IMG/VR virus record: IMGVR_UViG_3300027317_000001
Coordinates: 1,898-65,897 of that record
Strand: one strand, 5' to 3'
Length of the DNA stretch: 64,000 bases
DNA from: a virus
Shown: positions 16,840 through 25,197 of the stretch, piece by piece
Numbering within the stretch: the stretch's first letter is position 1
Layout: every line of letters begins with the position of its first letter
Translations under genes and position numbers: made by a program
The notes under the pieces: generated by a model
The model's database searches: none
What the model was told of the DNA's origin: nothing
Seen by the model: the letters and a program-made list of their open reading frames with translations, nothing else

Positions 16840-17244
16840 ATGCATTATCACACATACCATTGGATCGGGCAGGTATCGGAAATGCGGGACCGATATCGGC
16901 GGCCAACACCACCGCCACACGATCCCGGCATATTCCTCTACTCCAAAGTTCCACCCCTAGTTTTGGGTGATTGGCTGCTCCGGCCAATAGACCAGATCAA
17001 AGCAACATACACTGAACCAGAAGACGTCCTCGCCTGGCTTGAAAAGCACTACCTGGATATGCCGTCACTTCTTCATCCGGACCGAGTAGGATTGGAAGAG
17101 CGGCTGCAAGCGGCTGAAGAGGACATCCGCCAAGGCAAAGACGTGGACTGGTCTTTCTGGCTCAAAGGCCAGGGATGGGTGACCATAGCCGCCATCGCCT
17201 GCCCTAACAAGATCGTCAGGCACCCCTGCCCACTAGGGAATTGA
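16840..17244 (+). CDS. actinobacterial-type hypothetical protein
   Basis: AAAGG RBS before ATG 16840; resembles proteins recalled near DUF397/XRE loci (unverified). Confidence 0.6.
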   Translation: MHYHTYHWIGQVSEMRDRYRRPTPPPHDPGIFLYSKVPPLVLGDWLLRPIDQIKATYTEPEDVLAWLEKHYLDMPSLLHPDRVGLEERLQAAEEDIRQGKDVDWSFWLKGQGWVTIAAIACPNKIVRHPCPLGN

Positions 17245-17291
17245 CGTGCTCCCCGGCCTTCAGGCCGGGGATTCAGCCTGTGCCGCGCGTG
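17241..17291 (-). mobile_element. orphan IS200/IS605 right end
   Basis: reverse complement GCACGCGCGGCACAGGCTGAATCCCCGGCCTGAAGGCCGGGGAGCACGTCAA nearly identical to 41485-41536. Confidence 0.75.
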
Positions 17292-17343
17292 CAGGGAAGG
17301 GTCCTTCCGCATCTACCTGAAGGATGGTAAGGGTCCCCGGGAT

Positions 17344-17646
17344 GTGGTGGACAACCCACGCCACCTGAGCGCGGCCATGCGGAAGCTCAGGCGAGCCCAG
17401 CGCGCCCTGTCCAGAACCCAGCCTGGCAGCAGGCGGCGCGAGCGCGCCCAGCGGAGGGTGGCCCGTTTGCACGCCCTCGTTGCCCAACGGCGCGCCACCT
17501 GGCTGCACCACATTTCCAAGCGCTTGACCACGAGCTTCGGCACAATTGTTATCGAAGACCTGGATGTTGTTAACATGACCAGGTCGGCGCGCGGTACGCG
17601 TGAAAACCCTGGGCGGAACGTCCGCGCCAAGGCTGGGCTCAATCGA
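17344..17646 (+). pseudogene. tnpB: internal tnpB fragment (bridge helix and RuvC-II)
   Basis: LRRAQRALSR..PGS.RR..A..RVARLH..VA..R..WLH..SK.L....IVIEDL.V.NM..SA.GT...PG.NV.AKAGLNR; lacks RuvC-I and RuvC-III. Confidence 0.85.
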
Positions 17647-17690
17647 AACTGTACCGGGGCTGAAGGCCCGTTTGATTGGAAGGATCGGTC

Positions 17691-18026
17691 ATGACCGAAT
17701 TCAAGGCAGGAGATCTCGTTCGGACCGCTGGTTACTCGATCTCTGGAAAGATCCGGTCGATCTTCCGGCTCCGGGGGATCTGGTTCGCGGACGTGGACAC
17801 GGGCGAGATGTACAACCGGCGAATCCCCCTCGATCAGCTCCTCCTGATTGAGCATTGTGATTACTCGGAATGGATCAGGAACATATCGGGCGAGGTCGTC
17901 AAGGCAGTGCCCTGCCGGAACCGGCCGGAGATCCGGCTGAACGGTGGCTACTGGCTTTGCGGGACGTGCTATCGCAACAGAAGGAAGGTCAAGAGTGACC
18001 AAGGCGAGGAAAGCGAGGAAGCATGA
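17691..18026 (+). CDS. hypothetical protein
   Basis: GAAGGA RBS before ATG 17691; C-terminal Cys pairs. Confidence 0.6.
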   Translation: MTEFKAGDLVRTAGYSISGKIRSIFRLRGIWFADVDTGEMYNRRIPLDQLLLIEHCDYSEWIRNISGEVVKAVPCRNRPEIRLNGGYWLCGTCYRNRRKVKSDQGEESEEA

Positions 18027-18073
18027 AGCCTGATTGGATCAAGGACACGGAACTGTGCGAGACGTCTCAGGAA

Positions 18074-18101
18074 GGGTCCGCCCCACGCGTGCAGGGAAGG
18101 G
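18074..18101 (-). repeat. solitary type I-E-like CRISPR repeat unit (degenerate)
   Basis: minus strand CCCTTCCCTGCACGCGTGGGGCGGACCC; partial copies at 18134-18148 and 17285-17302; no cas genes or regular array. Confidence 0.35.
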
Positions 18102-18111
18102 TCGGCATGAA

Positions 18112-18197
18112 AAACCCCACCGGATGACCGGTGGGGTCCGCCCCACGCCCCGCACGCGTAGAGGGGTCCGGAAACCCCGCCGGTAGGCGGGGTTTCC
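18112..18197. terminator. two hairpins at a convergent gene junction
   Basis: ACCCCACCGG/CCGGTGGGGT and GGAAACCCCGCC/GGCGGGGTTTCC. Confidence 0.65.
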
Positions 18198-18204
18198 AGA
18201 TTCT

Positions 18205-18603
18205 CTACTCAATATCAGGTAGAGGTTCGCTCAGCTTACGAGCCTCCTCAACCAGCTTCTCGGCTTTCGCCGTAGCCTCCGGAATCATTTGATCCAGCAA
18301 CCAACGCGCCAGCTTACGAAGCCCGTCCGCCACACCACGCTGATAAGCGGCCTCAGTATCAGCTTTCACCTTAGGAGTCATCGAGGCCTGTTCCAGGTCG
18401 CTCCGATACCTATCGCGCTCCTCAGCCAGGTCGCGAATGGTCTGATTCGCCTCATTGAGCGAACAGCTGAAATCAGCCTGCAACCGCTTGTACTTAGCCC
18501 GCGAAACAAAAGAGATTCGATCCCAAAACGTGATCTCAACTTCGGGCTCAGAGGCACCAGGATTGAAATTGAGCCGTCCCAGCTGACGAATCTGATGCGA
18601 CAT
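18205..18603 (-). CDS. coiled-coil hypothetical protein
   Basis: 132 aa, in operon context. Confidence 0.6.
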   Translation of the reverse strand: MSHQIRQLGRLNFNPGASEPEVEITFWDRISFVSRAKYKRLQADFSCSLNEANQTIRDLAEERDRYRSDLEQASMTPKVKADTEAAYQRGVADGLRKLARWLLDQMIPEATAKAEKLVEEARKLSEPLPDIE

Positions 18604-18629
18604 CCAAACTCCCAGCTACGAATAGTACT

Positions 18630-19202
18630 TCACTTGTAATCGTAATACCCCTGCGCAGCCCTCTTCCGTTGTATCACTATCTGATGATAAGGGCAAAAAT
18701 CGCACAGATAACGCCTCATGTAAGCGGGGCGAGGCGCGAGACCGGCCTCTTTTCGCAGCTCCTTCGTAGGCGGGAGCAGCAACTTCTTATCACTCTGGTA
18801 TTCGTCACAATTCTCAGTCCGATTATGCCTGCGACGCCAACACGCCATGGCATCTTCGGCGAAAGTGTTTCTTGCATTGTAAAACTCAGTACCAAGACCG
18901 GGTGAACCGCCTTCCCGGATCACCTCCATAGCCTTGGCAATAATCGCATCCCGATGCTGCTCCCACTCCTTCTTTGAAACAACGGCCACCCCGTTGAACG
19001 GGCTCACATGGCGAAGACCCGACGGAAACGTGTGCTTCTCGGCAAGGAGATACTCGAGAAGAACGTCATGCTCCGGGGGACCCTCATAGTAGGGGAGCTC
19101 GTCAACCGTCTGGCACGTGGCGCAAAACAGCAACCGGACCTTCTCATCATCCGGCAGCTCCATCGGGTCCACAACATTAGGCTTCGGAACGTCAACCATC
19201 AA
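18630..19202 (-). CDS. Cys-rich hypothetical protein
   Basis: CATC, C..H...NC, CDFCPYH. Confidence 0.7.
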   Translation of the reverse strand: MMVDVPKPNVVDPMELPDDEKVRLLFCATCQTVDELPYYEGPPEHDVLLEYLLAEKHTFPSGLRHVSPFNGVAVVSKKEWEQHRDAIIAKAMEVIREGGSPGLGTEFYNARNTFAEDAMACWRRRHNRTENCDEYQSDKKLLLPPTKELRKEAGLAPRPAYMRRYLCDFCPYHQIVIQRKRAAQGYYDYK

Positions 19203-19208
19203 ATACTC

Positions 19209-20015
19209 CTACTTCTTAGAAACCAATGCGTTCCACGTGATAGGGCCAACCAGACCATCAGCAACAAGACCGTTCTTCTTCTGGAAATCAATCACAGCCG
19301 CCCGGGTCTTCGGCCCATAAATCCCATCAACAGCCAGCTTGTACCCGTGCTTGTTGAGAAGTTCCTGAACCCTCTTAACCTTCGGCCGATCCTCCGCCCA
19401 CGCCCCCGAATGATTCTTCGGATTCGGGGACTCAACACCAAACCAATGCCCCTTAGGCAGGGGGAACTTGGTGTCAGAAGACGAAGTGTTCTGAACCGAC
19501 TTCAGATTAGTGTACGCCTCATCCAACCAGAAAGGATAACCATACCCGTAAATGTAGCTGGGGTGGCGGTACCGCTTCAGGAAAGCATTCGATGTGTTGC
19601 CCTCGTACGTGATAATGCGCCCGTCACTGGTCTTGCCGACAACCACGCCCACGTGGTCAATCCCACCAATGATTCCCGAACGCTGCCAGTCGAAGAACGC
19701 GAACGCGCCAACCCGGGGCGTATTGCCGAAACGCCCATGTTGAGCAAACCACTGGGCATGCCAAACGGTGTAAGCAAACTCCCCGGTCTGCTTCAGCGCC
19801 TGCTCAGCGCCCTCCTTGCCAGCCTTGCGCCGCCCGGTTTCCCAAGCGATCCACGCGAGAGACATGTCACACCAAGGGGCAGCGTAAAAAGACTTATCAT
19901 TCCGGCGGTCACCATACCATTTCCCATACTTAGTGGTTCCATCCTTAGCTTCCGTAACACCAAGCTGCTCCTTGGCAACCGCCAGGAACTCCTTTGCGGT
20001 GATGATTCTCTTCAC
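19209..20015 (-). CDS. endolysin: CHAP domain plus PG_binding_1
   Basis: PWCDMSL, IDHVGVV, TYEGNT; C-terminal VQELL...DGIYGPKT..AV..FQKKNGL.ADG.VGP.TW.AL. Confidence 0.9.
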   Translation of the reverse strand: MKRIITAKEFLAVAKEQLGVTEAKDGTTKYGKWYGDRRNDKSFYAAPWCDMSLAWIAWETGRRKAGKEGAEQALKQTGEFAYTVWHAQWFAQHGRFGNTPRVGAFAFFDWQRSGIIGGIDHVGVVVGKTSDGRIITYEGNTSNAFLKRYRHPSYIYGYGYPFWLDEAYTNLKSVQNTSSSDTKFPLPKGHWFGVESPNPKNHSGAWAEDRPKVKRVQELLNKHGYKLAVDGIYGPKTRAAVIDFQKKNGLVADGLVGPITWNALVSKK

Positions 20016-20139
20016 CTGCTATAACCCTCCCGATATTCGGGAAGCGGCAGCACATCATCATCGGAGTCAAGCTCAGGCTGCGGACCGTCATCCGGAAGGG
20101 CTGCCGCATCATTCCACGGCTTCTGAGGAATCGGCTCCT

Positions 20140-20322
20140 TCAGCACAGCGTGGTCACCCCAAAAACCTGCCGCCGACACTCACGCCACTTCCACGCGGTC
20201 GGGGCGGACACCTCGCCGCCACGATTCGGGGTATCGGACATGTGGTGCCCGTCCCGGTAACCAAGAATAAAATCTGCATTCCAGCTTCGGCTAGGTGCGT
20301 AAGCCATATTCATCACCGCCAA
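20140..20322 (-). CDS. small hypothetical protein
   Basis: 60 aa overlapping the upstream stop. Confidence 0.4.
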   Translation of the reverse strand: MAVMNMAYAPSRSWNADFILGYRDGHHMSDTPNRGGEVSAPTAWKWRECRRQVFGVTTLC

Positions 20323-20816
20323 CTCGGTAGAAGTTCCTTCGCATCCACGGCGCGAACAGACAATGGAGCACTGGCCTGCGTGCCGTACTTTTCCTGCAAT
20401 CGGCCGAGCTCTTCAGGGGTGGCGACACGCCACTTACCGTCATTGACCAGGCGCTCCGTCTCCTTCATCGTCGGCGCGAACTTCTTGCCCTTGAGCTGGA
20501 GCTTCAGCCCGGTCATAGGGTTGAAATCCGGGGGCCAGAAGTAGCTGCGAGGGTCCGCTTTCTCACCGCGATGAACGCCGCGAGTGTAGCTTCGATCAGC
20601 AACTCTTAACTTTACATTGTTAAGGACGCGATCTTCTCTTCTGGACCGGACATTGCCGAGATACCCGGACGGGTACATGGACTCGGGCGTGAAAGCGCCA
20701 GATCGTTTAGCATCAAGAGGGTTCCGGTAGTAGATGTAGCCGCCACCCCCAGTGGTCAGCCCGCCCGGTTGATTGTTGGGCGGCAGGTATTGCCAGGGGT
20801 TAGCGGTATAGTTCAT
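20313..20816 (-). CDS. hypothetical protein
   Basis: 167 aa, operon context. Confidence 0.7.
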   Translation of the reverse strand: MNYTANPWQYLPPNNQPGGLTTGGGGYIYYRNPLDAKRSGAFTPESMYPSGYLGNVRSRREDRVLNNVKLRVADRSYTRGVHRGEKADPRSYFWPPDFNPMTGLKLQLKGKKFAPTMKETERLVNDGKWRVATPEELGRLQEKYGTQASAPLSVRAVDAKELLPSWR

Positions 20817-20994
20817 CGCCTCTATTCCCGGCCTCCCGGCGCTTCATCTCCTGGTACTGCTGAACCAGCGAACTCGTGGCACCACCAACGAAATCACTCA
20901 GCCGATTCCGGGTCGCCTCGCCCGCAGCAAGCCTGCGCATCATCGCGTTAGTAGCCGCCCGGGCGGCGATATTCACTAGGAGAGGCGGAACCAT
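20800..20994 (-). CDS. small hypothetical protein
   Basis: 64 aa, operon context. Confidence 0.45.
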   Translation of the reverse strand: MVPPLLVNIAARAATNAMMRRLAAGEATRNRLSDFVGGATSSLVQQYQEMKRREAGNRGDELYR

Positions 20995-21320
20995 GACGGA
21001 GCATCCCCCGGAAAACCTCGGTTAGCGTTGTAAAAGTCATTCCAGCTCTTCGCGGCAGAAAAGAGCCGCGTGTTCCGCAGATTCGCGTACGCTGCCGGAT
21101 CCTCAATCGGCGCGTACGTAGCCTGTGGCATGCCCACCGCCCCCAGCCGCTCCTTAATGTGGCGGCGGCCCTTCACCTGAAAAGCATCAACCACGGTAGA
21201 AGAAACCGCCCAACCCCTCTTGCGGGTAGGGGTGGTGGGCATGGCTGAAACATTGCGCGGTGCGGCAAGCGACCTGCCGACCTTCGGAAAATTGGTCGTA
21301 ACCTTGTCAGCCATGCCCAT
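20976..21320 (-). CDS. hypothetical protein
   Basis: AAGGGAT RBS, 114 aa. Confidence 0.55.
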   Translation of the reverse strand: MGMADKVTTNFPKVGRSLAAPRNVSAMPTTPTRKRGWAVSSTVVDAFQVKGRRHIKERLGAVGMPQATYAPIEDPAAYANLRNTRLFSAAKSWNDFYNANRGFPGDAPSWFRLS

Positions 21321-21373
21321 CCCTTACACGTGAAGTTTCTACTGCCAGTGTATTTGCAACACAAGAAATCTTT

Positions 21374-21664
21374 TTAGTCCAGCTTAATAACGCGAAGCGT
21401 CATAGCAGTCACATCCCCGTCCTTCATAGGAAGCGTGGTGAACGCGGGGATGACACCCAGGCGAATGCCCCGGCTGCCGACAAAAGAGTTCGAAATGGCC
21501 ACCGCCTTGATGGCCTGATTCACAGACCCGGCACCAATAGTCCGAAGCGTGACTTCCTTGTTGTCATAAATGGCGTGACTGACAGCCGAAGCAAGACGCT
21601 TAGCGTCAGTGGAACCACTGACCTTCAGCAGTGCCTCATTCTGAGTATTCTCTGTCGTACCCAA
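21374..21664 (-). CDS. spoVS: stage V sporulation protein S family protein
   Basis: LKVS.......A.A.......V.L..IGAGSVNQAIKAVAI...FV...GI.L..IPAFT matches SpoVS along its length. Confidence 0.9.
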   Translation of the reverse strand: MGTTENTQNEALLKVSGSTDAKRLASAVSHAIYDNKEVTLRTIGAGSVNQAIKAVAISNSFVGSRGIRLGVIPAFTTLPMKDGDVTAMTLRVIKLD

Positions 21665-21673
21665 AATAAAACC

Positions 21674-21725
21674 CCTAACCTGCTCGAACGGCCGGTTATA
21701 TTCCGGATCGATTTCAGGTTAGGGG
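21674..21725. promoter_or_regulatory. intergenic hairpin
   Basis: CCCCTAACCTG...CAGGTTAGGGG. Confidence 0.45.
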
Positions 21726-21746
21726 AAAACTAGGGAAAGTTTTAAG

Positions 21747-22298
21747 TTATGCTGCGCGGGGCAATTCAGTGTAAGGATTGAGCCGGGCGATCACCTTCCT
21801 CTCGTAATCGTGCTCAGACGTCCTCTCAACCAAATCCTTGGCCATCCGCGCAAGCACGTAAGCGTCGGCCGCATTATGGTTTGATACGACCACACCCCAC
21901 TTGTCCCGGACGGCCTCCATCACCTGCTTCTTGTCGGCTCTGCCGTCACCTGTCGCGTACACGGCGCGCTGCCGTGGAGCCACGATCGTCGGATATTTAG
22001 CAGGGTAGGGGAGCGTGTACCACAACACGCGGCGAACCGCGTACGACATGGCTCCCGCTTCCTCACGCCGCCACTGCGACTGCCTGGAGTACCCCTCCAT
22101 CACCACATGAGAGATAGACTTCGGCCCCACCAGCCTGAGCACCTGTTCCAGCCAACGCTCCACGGCTAGCAGGCGATCAACACCAGTGCCATACTGGCTA
22201 GCTGAGAACGCTCGCACGTACACCTGGTGCTGGTTATCAGATCGCAGGGCGACCACGGCAAAGCCACCGAAGCTCTGATCTATCCCTACATAGGTCAC
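21747..22298 (-). CDS. RuvC-like Holliday junction resolvase
   Basis: YVGIDQS, VVMEGY, ATGDGRADKKQV, NAADAYVLA. Confidence 0.9.
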   Translation of the reverse strand: MTYVGIDQSFGGFAVVALRSDNQHQVYVRAFSASQYGTGVDRLLAVERWLEQVLRLVGPKSISHVVMEGYSRQSQWRREEAGAMSYAVRRVLWYTLPYPAKYPTIVAPRQRAVYATGDGRADKKQVMEAVRDKWGVVVSNHNAADAYVLARMAKDLVERTSEHDYERKVIARLNPYTELPRAA

Positions 22299-22924
22299 GC
22301 TGCGGTATTCGAATTGTTCGTATGGTAGGCGAGAACATCCCCAGGCTGCCCGGCCGCCAGCCGCCTATGGTGCTCCTCAACCATGGCAACAAGGTCATCA
22401 GCCGCCTGGCGCATGTTCCCAAGCGGGTACGGGTCCAGACTGAACGTGATATCCGGGCTGAACTCGGGATCCGGCTGATCATCCTCCACACCGGACCTGG
22501 TAAGGCGGACAAGCGTCATCTGACAGGAAACCTTTCGAAGGGCGCTTACCTCAGGCCAGAAACGCACGTCCGAGACGACCGCCTTCTCACTAAGCCGGAT
22601 CGCGTTGATCACAGAGTTGACCCACACATTGGGGCCAATATGTGTCTTGGCAGCCTCACCCAGGTTCCGAAGAAGCTCCCGGATCTCTGGGAAAATGCGC
22701 TTGGCGTCATTCCATCCCAGTGCTTCGACAATTTCAGCGAGATGGTACTGATCGCCGGTAGTGTCGTTCACCAAGATGAGCGGGTTGATATCCAACGCCA
22801 TGCGCCTGAGCTGATCAGCAAAAGCGTACCTGCGGTATCCGTAGAACAGGTACAGCATCTTCGCCATGGTGTCTTTGCCGACACCGCTCTTGCCTGTGAG
22901 GGCGATAACCTTCGGCATATTCAC
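22295..22924 (-). CDS. deoxynucleoside monophosphate kinase
   Basis: IALTGKSGVGKDT, AFADQLR, RELLRNLG, VVSDVRF. Confidence 0.9.
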   Translation of the reverse strand: MNMPKVIALTGKSGVGKDTMAKMLYLFYGYRRYAFADQLRRMALDINPLILVNDTTGDQYHLAEIVEALGWNDAKRIFPEIRELLRNLGEAAKTHIGPNVWVNSVINAIRLSEKAVVSDVRFWPEVSALRKVSCQMTLVRLTRSGVEDDQPDPEFSPDITFSLDPYPLGNMRQAADDLVAMVEEHHRRLAAGQPGDVLAYHTNNSNTAA

Positions 22925-23223
22925 TGGTTCGACTTGTTGTCAGGAACAACAGTGATGTGCTCCCACCGCCACACCGTGCGGAGGCCACCATTCACGACTT
23001 CAATGGGGCTCCGATCCGAGGTCTCGCGGATAGGCCGGATAGTGAAACGAATACCTGGTGAACCATTACAGGTCCGGTGGAAGGTGATCTTAACCACCTC
23101 CCCTTCCACCAAGGCCTTCCGATCAAGATACTTAATGGGGTAGACGACCCGGGAACCGGGAGTAATGGGCTCGCCACGCCAGTCATGGATAACCACCCTA
23201 TCGGAGAGGTTCACACCACCCAT
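22921..23223 (-). CDS. hypothetical protein
   Basis: AAAGGA RBS; D..G.PI..G.RVVY pattern. Confidence 0.65.
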   Translation of the reverse strand: MGGVNLSDRVVIHDWRGEPITPGSRVVYPIKYLDRKALVEGEVVKITFHRTCNGSPGIRFTIRPIRETSDRSPIEVVNGGLRTVWRWEHITVVPDNKSNQ

Positions 23224-23265
23224 TGTGTTCCTTTCTCTGATCCTATCCGGGTGCAGGGTTTTTCG

Positions 23266-23430
23266 CTACCGTTTCTGGGATTTCTTACCATCCGATACGT
23301 GAACGTTCGCGTACAGAGCGCGAAGCTGTGCCTCAGCTTCCCCCTTGGTTGAATGCCGTCCAACCACCTTACTGGAGCCCTTCTTAACCACCACATACTT
23401 TCCGTCTCGACGCTTAATCTCCCACGGCAT
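23266..23430 (-). CDS. conserved small phage protein (54 aa, absent from the ORF track)
   Basis: GGGGGAA RBS; MPWEIKRRDGKYVVVKKGSSKVVGRHSTKGEAEAQLRALYAN. Confidence 0.7.
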   Translation of the reverse strand: MPWEIKRRDGKYVVVKKGSSKVVGRHSTKGEAEAQLRALYANVHVSDGKKSQKR

Positions 23431-23439
23431 TCATTCCCC

Positions 23440-23978
23440 CTATCGGACGTAGGACCTGCGCTCATACTCGAAGGAACTCAACCGCCTACTCAATTCACGA
23501 CTGTAATACTTGAGCCGATTCTCCAAACCGGTCGCCACCACTGTAGTCAGCTTGTGCAAGGCGTACGCTTCCATGCTGCGCTTCTTAGCCTGCACTACCA
23601 GCGGATCTTCCTCGGCTCGCGCCTTCGTTTCCGTGGCGGTACGAGCCTTGTTCCGCACTCTGGCGGCAGAACGTGCTTCCTCAACGGCTGTCTCGGCTGC
23701 CCGGTCCTGAATCTCGTGAATTGCTAGACGGCCTACGGCGTACTCGTACCAGGCGAGTGTTTCCTGGTACAGATCCATCAGGGCTACGTCGGACAGCTCC
23801 GATATGCGCGGAGGAAGGTCCGGTATCTCGCCCGGCGGTCTCTCCGGTAGCCGTAGCCCTAGCTGAGCCAGTCTCCGCACCCCGTCCTGAACTGCTCTGC
23901 CCAATTCGCTGTCGATCAACTCCGTAACATGCGGAGAAGTAGGGGCACTCTTCGCAGACGTTGGACGTGGGCTCATGA
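23440..23978 (-). CDS. coiled-coil protein, possible recombination mediator
   Basis: helical ORF beside Cas4-like and RecA genes; start uncertain. Confidence 0.5.
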
Positions 23979-24859
23979 GCTCGCTGGGGAATTGGTGCTC
24001 TGCCGTCCAGTGCATCAACTACCGCCTTCGCCTTTTCAAGAAGCGGTGTAAGAACACTCTCATCGGGGGTGATAACAAACTCTTTAGCCGCCTGAGTGGC
24101 TTTGAACTCGTAGAGGAACACCATCTGCCGCACAGGCAGGTTGTTTCTCCTGGCCAGCCACATGTAGATGTTGGCCTGCCTGACATGCGGCAAGAGCGGG
24201 GTGTTCAGCTCCTTCCAGATGGCATACAAATCGGGTACTTCCCGGCCATCCGGCCCGGCGATCGTATACTGCGCTAGAAGATCCGGAACGTCCATGCGCA
24301 GCGTGCCCAGGCCAATAGTCTTAATCTCAATCAGAGTTTCAATGTCCGCGATGTACCCGTCAGCGTGACCGGAAATCAGATGCTCAGCATCAGACAGCGG
24401 AACTTCCGCGTAATCCCATACGCTCTGCCCGCACCGTGGGCACATCTTCGGCGGGCCAACAGTGACCTCGCTAGTTTTCAACTCACACGATAGGCACCGC
24501 CAGCAACCCGCCAAGATCCCCATATCAGCGAGCCAACCTTGCCACTTGCTGTGAACCTCGTGCCCCTCAGCGAAGATGGTGTGCTGCTGGAAGGAGAAGC
24601 TTCGCTGGGGGACAGGCTTACCGGCGCGGACATCGGAAATCTGGTAGTACTCGCGGCGTGGGCACCAGTCGTCTCGTGCCAGCTCACTAGGATGGATGAC
24701 ATCACGGCGGCGCTTCTGATTCTTCGCCTCTTGAAAAACGTGCCGTGCAATGTCGCCCAGCAGGACCGTAGGACGCTTCGTCAGCTCGACCCATTCTGCG
24801 AGGCTTCCAACAAGCGCAGCACCCTGTCTACGGCCGGTTTTTGGCGTTCCCACGTCCAC
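23681..24859 (-). CDS. Cas4-like PD-(D/E)xK exonuclease
   Basis: IHPSE...WCPR, GHADG...IEIKT, QANIYM, CEECPYFSAC. Confidence 0.85.
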   Translation of the reverse strand: MDVGTPKTGRRQGAALVGSLAEWVELTKRPTVLLGDIARHVFQEAKNQKRRRDVIHPSELARDDWCPRREYYQISDVRAGKPVPQRSFSFQQHTIFAEGHEVHSKWQGWLADMGILAGCWRCLSCELKTSEVTVGPPKMCPRCGQSVWDYAEVPLSDAEHLISGHADGYIADIETLIEIKTIGLGTLRMDVPDLLAQYTIAGPDGREVPDLYAIWKELNTPLLPHVRQANIYMWLARRNNLPVRQMVFLYEFKATQAAKEFVITPDESVLTPLLEKAKAVVDALDGRAPIPQRAHEPTSNVCEECPYFSACYGVDRQRIGQSSSGRGAETGSARATATGETAGRDTGPSSAHIGAVRRSPDGSVPGNTRLVRVRRRPSSNSRDSGPGSRDSR

Positions 24860-25191
24860 TCCTCAATCGGTACCTTATCTGGGCGTCTTCGATACTTGGC
24901 ACGCATCAGCCTGCGCATGATGCGGCGTTCCAGCTCATCCATCCCTCCCCAAACACCGAATGCCTCGTTATTGATAGCGGCATAGGCCAGGCATGTATCC
25001 CTCGCCGGGCAAACCTTCCCATCGTAGGTTCCATTACAGATAGCCTTAGCATCCTCGTAATCACCTGGATTGAACCAGGGATCCTCTATGTCATCAATGC
25101 CGCCATCTTTGGGCCGGAAGGGCCGGAACTTAATGCACTTCGCACCAAGGGCTTTCCAATCGATATCCTCAGTGCGAGGACGCATTACCAA
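24781..25191 (-). CDS. whiB: WhiB-family transcription factor
   Basis: four Cys, AKAIC..CP.R..CL.YA, GVWGG...ERR. Confidence 0.9.
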   Translation of the reverse strand: MVMRPRTEDIDWKALGAKCIKFRPFRPKDGGIDDIEDPWFNPGDYEDAKAICNGTYDGKVCPARDTCLAYAAINNEAFGVWGGMDELERRIMRRLMRAKYRRRPDKVPIEEWTWERQKPAVDRVLRLLEASQNGSS

Positions 25192-25197
25192 GGTGAA

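Noticed and set aside
18060-18170. Bona fide CRISPR array
   Set aside because: At most two degenerate units, the spacer is a terminator hairpin, and there is no leader or cas operon. The Cas4-like gene sits in a phage recombination context.
19008-20024. Long antisense ORFs (for example 19008-20024, 25370-26623, 29666-30478, 41981-43114, 52788-53660)
   Set aside because: They are shadows of well-supported genes on the opposite strand, as expected in GC-rich DNA, and have no motifs.
20150-20175. Possible frameshift at GTTTTTG between small ORFs upstream of the endolysin
   Set aside because: Not a canonical slippery heptamer, and the downstream frame has its own GTG start.
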